From a virus (Duplodnaviria > Caudoviricetes), in the IMG/VR virus record IMGVR_UViG_3300013125_000024, positions 1 to 32,493 of that record: DNA of 32,493 bases; one strand, written 5' to 3'. A program made the translations under genes and the position numbers. The stretch's first letter is position 1. The number at the start of each line of letters is the position of its first letter. Below are positions 11,101-18,790 of the stretch, piece by piece. The notes under the pieces are model-generated. The model did no database searches and had not been told where the DNA came from. It was given only the letters and a program-made list of their open reading frames with translations.

Positions 11101-13295
11101 GGGGGCAACTGCCCGATGACTCATCTGTGGTGGGTTACCACGACTCCCCAGCGGTGGCGACTTACGGCTTCAACGCTCTGACTCTGGAGAACTATGGGCC
11201 AACAAGCATCGTGGCTCCCAACATCCTGATGGGTGCCCCCGCCGTGGGCCAGGCTCAGGTCACTCCCGCAACTGTTTGGGCCAGCGGGACCTTTGATCCC
11301 ACGAATGCCGAGGCGGTCTACGCCGACGTGCCCGCCACTTTGGTGCTGTACCTCACCAACCTCCAGGGGACGACACTCAATGACCCCCAGAACCATCTCG
11401 GTGGTGGCCCGGGTGTCGCCTGCCTGCTGCCCAATACGGAGGTGCGGACGGAGACAGCAGGTGGGCTGCCCGGTTTCTTCGCTCGGGGCGGCGTGTTCAT
11501 TGAGCCCTCTGTCCCCAATCAGCCGGACATCTTGGGTGCCCTGGCAGTGCCAAAGGTTGTGGATGCTTCGCACTCGCTGCTCTTGGCGCAGGTCGGGATG
11601 CGTTCGGCAGCCACTGCGGAAGAAGTCCACTTTGAGGTACGGCGGGTACGCCGTTGGCACAGCAAGCAGAATGCGCTGAACGATGCCTTCCAGCCGTTGA
11701 AGTACGCCTACGAGATCCGCAGAGGTACCATCACAGGCTTCAGCCGGGATGCACAGCAAGTAGGTCTGGTCACTGCGGCTTCGGGAACCAACCTGGGTGG
11801 CTTTGATTCGGAGGACGTGAACATCCATGCAGGGGACATCTTCAGGGTCACCGATGCCCTGGGCACGGTCTTGGCTGATGGAGTCATCTCCGAGGTGGTG
11901 AGCGCGACGCAGATCAAGATTGCGGCCCCAGGGCTGGCCGTGGCTGCGGCAACCGTGGTTGGCCGGTCCTTTGAAGTGTACTTGCGGCAGTCCCCCTGCC
12001 CGCACGAGCAGTCCAACGAGCAACTACTTGCCCTCATCACAGACAAGGTAGTTCACCGGACCTGGGCAGACCGCACAGACCCTGATCCGCAGAACTGGAC
12101 TGGCGGTTACGTCCCCGAGACAGATGGCACGGCCAACTGGGTGGACGTGTGCAACGTCCTCTACGATGACTCCCCTGGGGTGAACTTCACCGCGCTGGGC
12201 GTCAAGCGGGATGACATTGTGGTCATCGATCCTGTGGGTGTGTTCCCTGCGCCTGTGGTGGACGAACGGGGCTTCCGGCCCTTGGGGGATAGGAGTGTGC
12301 CGACCCGGACGGCAGCGGTTGGCCCGACGCCGTACTTGCCTGGTGCTGTGTCGAGCTTGGACGACAACCGGGGCTTCTACCGGGTGACGGTCGTACACGC
12401 AGACCATCTGGAGGTCACGCCGCTGCACACGTTTGCAGGTGGGCTCGGCACCGATGTTCTGATGGCCAGTGGCAAGACCAACCTGGTCTATGCGGTGTAC
12501 CCCACGGTCAGTTCTTCAGTGCTCTCAGTGGACGGGGCTGAAGGGCAGAATGACCTGCGGCCCACCCGCAAGGCGGTAGGCACGACCTACACGAGCATGG
12601 ACCCCGTGGAGGACAAGCACTCGATCCGACCCTTCAGCTACTTCATCATCCGGCCCACGACCATGTTCTCCAAGGCTCTGGTGGACACTGTGCTGCTGAT
12701 GCGGGAGCGGATGCTGTCCCTCATTGAGATGCTGGGCACGGTCACGAGTGGTGCCCGGGGCGGGTTCTACTGGGATTGGCAGAATGATGAGCACATCTCA
12801 GACCTCGGGGACCCACTGGACCCGGAGTCTGGTCTGGGCCTGTTCCCCAATCGACTGGTTGTGGGCTTGCTGGGGGAGACAGGTATTTCTCCCTTCTGCA
12901 ACAACAGCACCTGCCTCTCGCTGCTGGACCGCCGGTTCTGGGTACATGACGTGCGGCTTGACTCCCTTGCACCAGACCCGAGCAATCCCTATGCAATGGT
13001 CACGGCAGTCCTGCCCTTTGATCAGCCGGGTGGCCCCTACACGGCCTACACCGACACGGCGACGCTGACGGGTGGGTCGGAAGTGCGCCCTGTCCTGACG
13101 GATCATCTGGACCTGATCCTGAACGTCCGTGACAGGTTGCGGGGGATTCGGTACACCTGGTTGACGTACAGGACGAACCGCTTCCGGGGTACACTGGCGC
13201 GCATTGACCAGTACAATGCGGCATTGCCCAAGCTGCTGGCCGACCGGCAGCGGGCCTTGTTGCTGGAAGCCTCTGTGGGCAAGGTGAGTACATGA
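2124..13295 (+). CDS. Giant (3723 aa) beta-rich structural protein, probably baseplate/tail associated
   Basis: Uninterrupted 11.2-kb ORF. ATG at 2124 is preferred over TTG at 2118 (2 nt after the upstream TGA; TGGTGG at 2111-2116). Rich in G/P/T/V, with tail-protein-type motifs (EQGVDYIL, LAEGTEFSLDSETGVVQL) and a helical C-terminus. The ORF is secure; the function is inferred from context. Confidence 0.85.
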   Translation: MGFTFDGHVLRAPLLAPGNAATSGEPINGVVRDVRRPPATRNAAQPQVSGMPGIRALVDLCGDQYRAAVLHAPGTSPHEYLVWAANSSQLALVSDPSWWTNLGTGSIPVGTETVGNLVTPTAPYKDGTLRLVVADNGDREISTITHLVVARGDKTYNDLGWVNQDNPAAGRLGTAPYEVVAPAAADQNGTSGLVTLKNYNVYTATGSGLTAGTLAAVLGGGLSLKRGDKIQEVRYTVAPLKFWWTRNDRYETRFGWDGKLQRWKPYKGSAPVNLGKLAYDTAYTLKPKMRTLPLGAILTGDASSPDEYAMVRLGTSPGAQSLPVGLHDPDGFTGIEVVADADVGPYDFSGKILAGVVGQNSGILKFNPVYAQKNVGKVVWYVYSTFSAEADGVLGPLQGADTNPLYLAPIPGPTDHPFIRIQNRTPLTVTQVDTEADLVAVADPMEGTCLVAQSTGRLRLSPTDIAKANPKNLSQFSKHFLGASVIYEGVALNARPQPTRSPVPLVQADGVTTTLAPVAPMYLPRSQVWPEDIEGTSLESYMGLGVSGVLQMPDGTGAVPTPELVDPAGVSVPVRPGGDTLFPSPQSLGLVLTIADGVGDTILFSQAGAIPEVLVVDRQSDVPLLPFQVPGGKAYISKQIQPLPVIGWGAKVQLGSADRTAFVGKKVYFLQASLNPATYTDKARLYSKGRIIFRFDGTEVLYFAIGGVIHDWHASSLPSQSFYSADEVAASIQARITAQGGTGLATAVGDRICLETVNPNTGTVEIGWGTVKDLSGCAALGFLPGWRAKGGKPNWLSDAGISLGLSRSLLNLDRSKATSDYRARTRLENVTLADSIQSSPFTFLDYPPVEDISGFDDGVFFNLQTVSTQGADVQLIDKRLEHFEDIQYRFPEGKFAWLEQEVSSNQVQQKTTALALGRAAVVPETLLGAPGIGGGLFTAESGGRYAFQEQGVDYILPDDGLPGVAQLVTRYGALVLTGAQGAFTQGGTTFTDPTADFLADSTDPDIDPATGQQRIDNLGDLVWLPVLREGFRIKLPSGSYLVTAVTDATHAEVTPAFVSSSTRPTPWEAYIGIADSLYDPAIVADVTYKPFDHLQDEPFKVRVLSPLGTIAGSDFSAFVADAVAKGRLISLRFGPVHASTGVMATLTPLAVTSLGVVANNVLVAPWTVHVAEGAFQIRVGTETYTPVPVMSFSPNPVGVEYLTGAWNDGVTVHPQGELKFAASVLSDLQSSQVVLAETLRVSTNLASGQAEYDPKTGALRIAAADVSTHAGKMLYFVEQMITKGVYRDVGVSPLVGAVSFTKPMSPGALVEMVYWLADTEGRRVGTPTDTVTEFLPVFVRGEVATRLSDREFELDPNGVQVWDDRMEPVVYIGPTQQNFGTVDFTTDRPGNLKGLRLNFNRAMATWIDPVATYAVFNAQGGERTYSTSQSPVYRPPFFIQAKRDNFGLRGDRTADFVPGQMLRLGAECFYLTQIRYFAPTDQTRIDIYPPTTLEVGSRSPGNDVLALITSVPITTMLYPDGPTPVPTTAKAGFMQVVPTTTFPFEPVNARQASMTFRGDLSQFAVPGHIMEIGGKPFTIAQVTLNDDGTRTQLAFTTAFQQAVDPAGTTIKLSYRPVYPPEVREFVGKGPVVASEGTELILFGETIGGIEQPGRSLAEGTEFSLDSETGVVQLLGPLQAPLGPGQRLVLAFTQMRVLEPFFSGGTVVFPRWSANYRYNTIPSNDNGFLGGRLTATYTFDNPDTFYFRALPLKSYLGEALTQALAEMSQGQPSSGPRLTTTAGTQNWEQGNTGLLAQQRDLFQKDRAARAFLSFYNDTIVAFEQVDETITGEFIGDRSGKFRFFVGRGLEYAPPGYEDEITGDLNPNNIWAQVFNEADPTRNITFLAGKDPLVIPVSCTMTNLLLSGPPLGVSTLGHLQYQQVLRVRNDVDDVLLLQASKPRKVTTSAPPYFTVQNGGIYSRMGLPHKFSRLYPTTAGVFFTLQPGIEADLAAGNVGTYAYSKVNSTTGKAESTHNEQVGQVANPVRGDIEAISVSTLRPRAARARIWGYYPNGLPTAAFGTAIARPCMVLSAVPLAQLPISPLTGFPDPTKFLSQSPTGTVPDAVAGDPEMALPGFKAGDKIALGRPDGSFLVAAYPEEVDVFGQKMFTAVLIDTVQFGCVVTFKNRKGAAILSPSKILVATAPNEGTPADQFGIDKADTLYIVPADTANPISDPATQSATMAMAQQAAATSPAYRQGFDLTVRPDGRVMDQSLPSWTDPFMFPVKEILGQKSPKPMSHVEGVADFANMDEVPIEFPALQGAAQDDSGDYQIPYRKGTATEIDRFDELGNLLGSLMARDVLAGGYYPDEILFTNGEVLAAAVSLGGGSYKEPATLMAQANVLPTATYGAAPARPGDFVLVDVGGAEPGWQGILSVGAVREQNIGGTDWSWIEPPRFRTQTNKGSPSQYLLNNYAVHTTPGNYPVNPQVTNPPGVRIFDDSAGVKTILSFQDTVLALNDGSVLSTGNLNAILAADPANALVVKILSRPDGTAVNAPAGPGTFVPALQDGRPLLTIHITGAAVVFTPDPALGAPVGVAHLGVQVGTFDPVTGEVPPGTVADSRHIIIDGVTGLAFFNAAFFGANSDWFLPFTVAGTLQSSAYGWEYALDVDCTAGGSTSAFIGSDRLTFHEALDLRLSRPRDFMLTNPNPPGYNYETGLDVTGVTVALGSPPAPPVFSGINDVAPGALSFVSRTGSTTLAGGTWAPAPTPADEGTLRVMAFEYGNTPITASNIVASVQASQTVDPAGGDILTGNGVALQNWISAITPTAGLVSQVLKGDVVYIDRADLAHPDAATEKAGTYVVRHAVEPDGVLAYKAVSVSAPVGSGGGFIATRFPRVLSIDVAGSRLALDDYSMLPATGKVFIVVSYSGLNSSVAGIFQKALMSIDFTGLDGLGLILGAANTWRWADDSIIVAPLTEVTNTMVAGQLCSWHDTPVAGAGPSLPGRMTLKVAVRGGQLPDDSSVVGYHDSPAVATYGFNALTLENYGPTSIVAPNILMGAPAVGQAQVTPATVWASGTFDPTNAEAVYADVPATLVLYLTNLQGTTLNDPQNHLGGGPGVACLLPNTEVRTETAGGLPGFFARGGVFIEPSVPNQPDILGALAVPKVVDASHSLLLAQVGMRSAATAEEVHFEVRRVRRWHSKQNALNDAFQPLKYAYEIRRGTITGFSRDAQQVGLVTAASGTNLGGFDSEDVNIHAGDIFRVTDALGTVLADGVISEVVSATQIKIAAPGLAVAAATVVGRSFEVYLRQSPCPHEQSNEQLLALITDKVVHRTWADRTDPDPQNWTGGYVPETDGTANWVDVCNVLYDDSPGVNFTALGVKRDDIVVIDPVGVFPAPVVDERGFRPLGDRSVPTRTAAVGPTPYLPGAVSSLDDNRGFYRVTVVHADHLEVTPLHTFAGGLGTDVLMASGKTNLVYAVYPTVSSSVLSVDGAEGQNDLRPTRKAVGTTYTSMDPVEDKHSIRPFSYFIIRPTTMFSKALVDTVLLMRERMLSLIEMLGTVTSGARGGFYWDWQNDEHISDLGDPLDPESGLGLFPNRLVVGLLGETGISPFCNNSTCLSLLDRRFWVHDVRLDSLAPDPSNPYAMVTAVLPFDQPGGPYTAYTDTATLTGGSEVRPVLTDHLDLILNVRDRLRGIRYTWLTYRTNRFRGTLARIDQYNAALPKLLADRQRALLLEASVGKVST

Positions 13296-13495
13296 GCCAG
13301 GACGACACCAAGCAGGACACCACATGGGGCACGATGGGCGGTGGGGAACCACAACGCCCGCAGTTCATGCAGGCCCAGGCGGACAACCTCATCAAGCTCC
13401 GAGACATGCTCCAAGCCACCGTGGGCCAGAAGCAAGCTGAGATCCAGTCGCTGCAAGAGAAGCTGCACCGGCTCAAGCACGGTGGAGGTAGCTGA
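13292..13495 (+). CDS. Small coiled-coil protein (67 aa)
   Basis: ATGA overlap with the upstream stop and TGATG overlap with the downstream start. Heptad pattern LIKLRDMLQATVGQKQAEIQSLQEKLHRLK. Confidence 0.75.
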   Translation: MSQDDTKQDTTWGTMGGGEPQRPQFMQAQADNLIKLRDMLQATVGQKQAEIQSLQEKLHRLKHGGGS

Positions 13496-16400
13496 TGGCA
13501 GACGAACCTTTCGGCCAATGGGGCACCGTCAGCTTTGGCATCCCAGATTTTCTGGAGTCAATCCGGGATTCGATCAATGACTTTGCTGAGTTGCTCACTA
13601 CTTACTTGGAGATTGCCAACCAGGCATTGGAGTTCTCCAAGGCCTTCGTCAAGGGCTACATTGACCCAATGTCCGTCCTCATTGAAGCCATCATCAAGGA
13701 GATCGTGGCCTTCCTGGAGAGCTTGAAGAGCATCGGTCTGTACCTGACGGGGGACTGGGCGTTGCTCGGGTGGCCGCCCGAGGATTTGCGGGGGGGGTTC
13801 CAGGGCTTCGAGCGGCGGATGATTGCTCGGTTGACAGACCACTCGGACCCGACCAGACCGGACATTCCAAGCACGACCAAGACGCTGGGGTTCTTTGCCT
13901 ACGTCTCGGTGGACCCAAGCGACTTCGAGCGCCTGGTGAGCTTCATCGTGTCTTTCCTGAAGATGTTCGGCCTGAGCTTTCCCCCGGACACCTCACGGTT
14001 CCCTGTGCCCACCATCAAGGGCGTCAAGTACAACAGTCAGGCTATTGGGGTAGGCACGGCCCTTCAGTTCTCCGCTATTGGGGATGCCCTTTGGACCTCC
14101 GCAGGCACCCCGCCGCAGAAGGCCAGCATCACCTGGGTAGCCCAGCCGTCCTCCCTGAAGCATCCGGGGAACCCATTCCCGGTGCTGGGACCTTCAGGGT
14201 ACCTGGTAACGGTGTCTACCATCCCAGAGGGTGTTGCCCTGAAGTACGCCCGTCCCAAGGCAAACACGGACAAGAAGCCTGCCAACGGCAACCAGAAGAC
14301 ACAGGTGCAGCCTCGGGAGTACGGGGACGTTCGAGATGCCTCCGGTCAGCCCATCAAGCTCTATGGTGGATCAGAGATGCTGGACATCGTGGGGAGCCCC
14401 TTTGAGTACAACAAGGGCATTGATTCCGCCACGGGTCTCCCCAAGGACGGCTATTGCCAGGTCTTTGGCCGTCTCGACCCGGCGACCAACGATGTCATCC
14501 CTCTGGAGGACTTGGGGCCAGCCAGCACGAAGATGGGGGTTCCAGGCGATGGCCGGGGGGCTGACTTCTTCCTTCAGCGGACGTTCCTCATCACCGATGG
14601 TGTCGCTCTCGCTCAGTGGTTCTCTGGGGAGTACCATGCTGTCCTGGACCTGAAGGACATGCCCCACCATGCTCGGTGGGAGAAGAACACCTCGGGAAAG
14701 ATGCAGCGGGTGGACTTGGGCAAGGCACCCGTCTACTACGTCCGGGTGTGGTCTGTTGGCAAGCAGGTGGCTGAACAGAAGTTCACTCCGCAATGGGACT
14801 TCAAGAAACTCGCTTTCACCGCAGCCACTTCAGGTCAGCCATTCGTAGTGAACCTCAGAAGTGGTGCAGCGTCTCTGGGCTACCCCAGCACGTCACGCAA
14901 GGTCACCTTCGTGCAGGCCAACACCCAGGAGTACATCAAGGCATTGCAGGCCGCCCTGCTGGTGCTGGTGTTGTCCCGTGCTGACCTGCCGACGTTGGCA
15001 GAGGTAGAGGCTACCAAGGGGACGGCGGCTGCGGAGAAGTACCGTGCGGGCAAGTGGGCCGCATCCGGCTTTGCCACTACGGCGACTGGGCTGGAGGATG
15101 CTCGGGGGCTTCTCCTGCGACTCTACCCAAACATCAAGTCGATGGAGGTTGCAGGGCAAGACCCGGTGAAGTGGCGGTCAGACCTGTACAGCCGCATTCG
15201 GGCTTTGTCCTACGAGTTGTATGCCAAGTCGGGGACCAACACTCGGGTCGAGAAGATTGTGGTGGACGCCACGGTTCAACTGCGGTCTGCGACCTGGGGC
15301 ACCATCCTCAAGGTTATGGTGACAGCGGCAGATGCAGCTACAGCGGCGAATCCAGTGGACCCGGCCAAGACCAGCCTGAGCCAGGCTCAAGTTGCATTGA
15401 CCAAGGCCCAGGTTGCATTGGCTGATGCTGATGATCAACATCTGGCTTTGGCCCAAGCAGCCGTGGCTCAGGCGCAGGCCTTGGCTGATGCAGCCAAGGC
15501 GAATCTGGCCAAGGCCAGGATTGCTGAAGCACAGGACAAGACAGCCCAGGCCCAGTACAACGCTTGGGTGGCCCACCTCAAGGCGACTGGCAGGCAAGAC
15601 CCCACGTTGTTCGAGGGCTTGAACCCGGACAATGAGATGGGGCGCGACCCTGAGTACGGCCTGGCCCCCAACCCCTTCTCGACAGGTATGAACCCCACGG
15701 ACGTGGATGACCTGTTCTATCTGGACGGTGCCCTTCAGAGCCGGGAACAGGATTTCGTGCTGTACGACGGGGGCAAGCTCGACATGACGTTCGAGGAGAA
15801 GGACCCGGTGAAGGCTCTCCGGGCGGTCAATGCCGCACCCGAAGGCATCAAGCGGATCTACAAGATGTTCCTCCAGGCAGATGGCAGCCTCCTGATCCCC
15901 GACGAGTACCGGGCATACCTGACAGCCAAGAAGAAGGACAAGAGGGTTACCAGTTCGGGTGATTTGACCCCGGTGTTTGTGGTGGACCGGCAGGAACTGG
16001 TTGCCCTGGACAGGGACAGCACCGCTTTGGCTTCGCCTCCGAAAGGATCTTCACGGCCTGGTCTGGTCTTCACCCGGGGGATGCTCCGGGTAGCCTATGC
16101 CAACACGGGAGCGCCGGGGCAGGTCTTGACACCTCTGTTCACTCAGGCAGCCCAGGTGTTGAGCATTGCAGCATCAGAACGGCCTCCTGGCGATGGTGAG
16201 TGGATTGCCCTGCGGTTGTTTGACACCTGGCCGGAGTTGGAGGACTTCCTGCGGGCAATGGAGAACTGGACGGCTTCCCTGGCAGAGGCCGCACGATCGA
16301 TGGCTGATGCCATCGTCAAGTACATTGCCTTCATCCAGGCCCAGATCGTGGAGCTTCAGCAACTCATCAGGCGGATCAATGCTCTCATTGCATCGTTCCT

Positions 16401-16716
16401 CAACTTCTCCTTCGCCCTACCTCAGTTCTCTGGGCTGATGCTCAAGTCGGACGGCACCGATGGTGTTTTGGCCGACCTGGTGGCTGCGAAGAACAAGCCG
16501 TCTGACCCGCCTTTGTCCTATGGTGGCGGAATTGCCCTGGTGATCCCCTTTGCTCCCGGGTTTGTTCTGGACATCATCAAGGTGGCCTCTGCAACAGGTG
16601 ATGCGCCCGCCACGCAGAACATCAATGGGGCTACGACCGTGACCCGTCCGCCACCAGCCATTGGCACGGAGGCCAAACAGCCAGCAGTTCCGCCCCCGGA
16701 TGATGACCCCTTGTAG
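13495..16716 (+). CDS. 1073-aa hypothetical virion protein with amphipathic helical N- and C-terminal regions and a central Ala/Gln coiled coil
   Basis: Long ORF, GGAGG upstream, TGATG coupling to the previous gene. No family recognised. Confidence 0.85.
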   Translation: MADEPFGQWGTVSFGIPDFLESIRDSINDFAELLTTYLEIANQALEFSKAFVKGYIDPMSVLIEAIIKEIVAFLESLKSIGLYLTGDWALLGWPPEDLRGGFQGFERRMIARLTDHSDPTRPDIPSTTKTLGFFAYVSVDPSDFERLVSFIVSFLKMFGLSFPPDTSRFPVPTIKGVKYNSQAIGVGTALQFSAIGDALWTSAGTPPQKASITWVAQPSSLKHPGNPFPVLGPSGYLVTVSTIPEGVALKYARPKANTDKKPANGNQKTQVQPREYGDVRDASGQPIKLYGGSEMLDIVGSPFEYNKGIDSATGLPKDGYCQVFGRLDPATNDVIPLEDLGPASTKMGVPGDGRGADFFLQRTFLITDGVALAQWFSGEYHAVLDLKDMPHHARWEKNTSGKMQRVDLGKAPVYYVRVWSVGKQVAEQKFTPQWDFKKLAFTAATSGQPFVVNLRSGAASLGYPSTSRKVTFVQANTQEYIKALQAALLVLVLSRADLPTLAEVEATKGTAAAEKYRAGKWAASGFATTATGLEDARGLLLRLYPNIKSMEVAGQDPVKWRSDLYSRIRALSYELYAKSGTNTRVEKIVVDATVQLRSATWGTILKVMVTAADAATAANPVDPAKTSLSQAQVALTKAQVALADADDQHLALAQAAVAQAQALADAAKANLAKARIAEAQDKTAQAQYNAWVAHLKATGRQDPTLFEGLNPDNEMGRDPEYGLAPNPFSTGMNPTDVDDLFYLDGALQSREQDFVLYDGGKLDMTFEEKDPVKALRAVNAAPEGIKRIYKMFLQADGSLLIPDEYRAYLTAKKKDKRVTSSGDLTPVFVVDRQELVALDRDSTALASPPKGSSRPGLVFTRGMLRVAYANTGAPGQVLTPLFTQAAQVLSIAASERPPGDGEWIALRLFDTWPELEDFLRAMENWTASLAEAARSMADAIVKYIAFIQAQIVELQQLIRRINALIASFLNFSFALPQFSGLMLKSDGTDGVLADLVAAKNKPSDPPLSYGGGIALVIPFAPGFVLDIIKVASATGDAPATQNINGATTVTRPPPAIGTEAKQPAVPPPDDDPL

Positions 16717-16725
16717 GAGGACCCG

Positions 16726-17619
16726 ATGCCATCATTCTCCAAAATGGGAATCTTTCCGGTTGGGTACTTCCGGGGGATTACAACATGGCTTCTTCGGGAG
16801 CGTCGGGATGTGACGGCTCGCATTGACACGCTAGAAGCAGAACTGGTCCGCATCGGTGAGGTGAAGATCAGTTACCGACCGTTGCCCGAGGGGGAGGGTG
16901 TCAAGAGGTCGCACCAGGCGACAGGTTTCGCTGTGACCAAGGGGTCCAGCGTGGCCCGCCTCATGCAGGCATACATTGCTACCGGGGGAAACCCCTATGA
17001 CATTTCCGGGTTCCTGCACCCGGACACGACAACATGGGTGGATACGGACAGCGGTGCCGTCATGATGGAGCAGTACCCCGGCGGCGGCATGATTGCACCG
17101 AAGTCGGCGGAGTACGTCACCAAGTCAGAGCCCACCTCCGAGGACGGGTCCACCCCGCCGGAGAAGACGGGCTTTGAGGCCTACCAGGGGGGCATGATTG
17201 ACCATCCGGGCTATGTGGCTGGTCGAATGGGTGGGCGTCTGGACCGGGGCACCTGGGACAGTGACACGGTGAATCTGGTGATGCACGACGTTCGCAAGTG
17301 GGCCAACAAGGAGATCAAGGCTCGTCTCCAGGACATGGAGTGGCGCATCGTCAAGCTCGCCGACCTGGCTGAGCAACTTCGGCAGGAGCGGGATTTCATC
17401 CTGATGGATGCCTTTGCGGGGCAGTTGAACGGCTTGGGGCTTCTCGATGAGGTCAAGCAAGATCCTCGACGGCTCTGTCAGTGCATCATTCAGGACATGT
17501 ATGCTCTGCTCTACGAGACGGATGCTACTGGGGTGCCGTATGGCTTCAGGGCCAATGTGGAGACGGGGTTCCTGCGGTTCGTCTACCCTGACGAACCGGC
17601 GGACCAGGACCGCTCCTGA
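16726..17619 (+). CDS. 297-aa hypothetical protein with coiled-coil segments
   Basis: AGGAGG RBS just upstream of the ATG. Heptads in RDVTARIDTLEAEL and EIKARLQDMEWRIVKLADLAEQLRQERD. Confidence 0.85.
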   Translation: MPSFSKMGIFPVGYFRGITTWLLRERRDVTARIDTLEAELVRIGEVKISYRPLPEGEGVKRSHQATGFAVTKGSSVARLMQAYIATGGNPYDISGFLHPDTTTWVDTDSGAVMMEQYPGGGMIAPKSAEYVTKSEPTSEDGSTPPEKTGFEAYQGGMIDHPGYVAGRMGGRLDRGTWDSDTVNLVMHDVRKWANKEIKARLQDMEWRIVKLADLAEQLRQERDFILMDAFAGQLNGLGLLDEVKQDPRRLCQCIIQDMYALLYETDATGVPYGFRANVETGFLRFVYPDEPADQDRS

Positions 17620-17628
17620 CGTTTTCGC

Positions 17629-17651
17629 GTCTATACCTGCGGGCAGGTGGG
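17629..17651 (+). promoter_or_regulatory. Recurring intergenic motif, copy 1 (GTCTAT...GGTGGG), candidate phage late promoter
   Basis: GTCTAT ACCTGCGGGCA GGTGGG in the 46-nt gap before the gp25-like gene. The spacer is 1 nt longer than in the other copies and contains the inverted repeat ACCTGC-gg-GCAGGT. Confidence 0.45.
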
Positions 17652-17665
17652 AGGTGCTGGAGAGC

Positions 17666-18790
17666 ATGTCACTCGATTTTCAGTTGGCCTGGCCGTGTCC
17701 ACACCTGACGGTGGAGGAAGTTGTTCCTTTGGGGGCTGACCGCATGTCCCTCAAGGTCCGGCAACCTATTGCGGCTCTGGGCACCGTGCTGGTCATGATC
17801 AACGATGACCCTGACCTGTACGTCCCTCGGAACGGTTTGCAGTCGGCAGCATTGCTCTCCAGTTCCGTTTCTGGCCCCTTTGACATCAAGCAGAATGAGG
17901 ACGTGCTCACGGTGGAGACTTCCACGGGCACGGAGACGCTGACCTTTGGTGCTAAAGGCACCATCAGGCGGACGACTGACCAGGTGATCAAAGCCATCCA
18001 GAAGGCCAACTGGACACATGTGTCGGTCAGCAACGACCATGGCTACCTGGTGCTGGTAGACCCAGACACCCTGGGGTCTAAGGCATTTGTCAAGGTGCGG
18101 GGACCCGCAGCAGCGGGGCTGGGCTTCGGGCAACCAGGAGTCTCCGCTCGACAGTGGGTGGCCTACGGGCGGGAAGTCTACCCGGGCTGGGACCTCTATT
18201 TGCGTCCTGACGAGATCACCAATCGCTACATCCGGTTCCGCAAACCTTTGCAAGGCAACCCGATGATCAAGGTGACCTACTCGGCTCCTGTGCAGCGGTG
18301 TTTGCGGTGCCGGGCTACCTTCGTGGAGAATGACTACCGCTTTGATGAGTCCGGGTCTTCCATCCTCATCCAGAATGAGGACCTGCTCTACCAGGCGGTG
18401 CTCAAGATTCTTCTGACCGACCTGGGGTCCAACCCGTTCCACCCGTGGTACGGCACCTCGATTCGGCAGCGCATCGGGTCCAAGGCGCTGATGGGCGTAG
18501 CCTCGGTGCTCAGTGAGGATGTGCGGCAGGCGCTGAGCCGTTACCAGGCTCTTCAGACGGAACAGGCCAAGTACCAGGTGGTGAGCTTCAAGGAGAGGCT
18601 GTACGGCATCCTGGGTGTGGACGTGAAGCGACACCAACAGGACCCCACGACCTTCCTCATTGATGTCACCGTGCAGAATGCTTCAGGGACGCCCATCTCG
18701 CTGAACATTGTCTACACCGTGCCGGAGGTGGTGGCCCTCATGGGCAGTAATTTTATGCTGTTGGGTGCAAATCCAGTTTCGCCTCAGTGA
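17666..18790 (+). CDS. gp25/gpW-like baseplate wedge protein with a long N-terminal extension (374 aa)
   Basis: ATG at 17666 (MSLDFQLAWPCPH) follows GGAGG/GGAG; the ORF-track start at 17447 overlaps the previous gene. C-terminal LYQAVLKILLTDLGSNPFHPWYGTSI matches the gp25-family ILxTxxGxxPFxPxYG pattern, followed by helix and beta strands (ERLYGILGVDV...FLIDVTVQN). Confidence 0.8.
   Translation: MSLDFQLAWPCPHLTVEEVVPLGADRMSLKVRQPIAALGTVLVMINDDPDLYVPRNGLQSAALLSSSVSGPFDIKQNEDVLTVETSTGTETLTFGAKGTIRRTTDQVIKAIQKANWTHVSVSNDHGYLVLVDPDTLGSKAFVKVRGPAAAGLGFGQPGVSARQWVAYGREVYPGWDLYLRPDEITNRYIRFRKPLQGNPMIKVTYSAPVQRCLRCRATFVENDYRFDESGSSILIQNEDLLYQAVLKILLTDLGSNPFHPWYGTSIRQRIGSKALMGVASVLSEDVRQALSRYQALQTEQAKYQVVSFKERLYGILGVDVKRHQQDPTTFLIDVTVQNASGTPISLNIVYTVPEVVALMGSNFMLLGANPVSPQ

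Noticed and set aside
2124-13295. Tape measure protein or virion RNA polymerase call for the giant ORF
   Set aside because: Composition is beta/Pro/Gly-rich rather than helical, and I found no polymerase catalytic motif by eye.
17447-17665. ORF-track N-terminal extension of the gp25-like gene
   Set aside because: Overlaps the upstream gene by 173 nt and runs through the intergenic motif; ATG 17666 has its own RBS.
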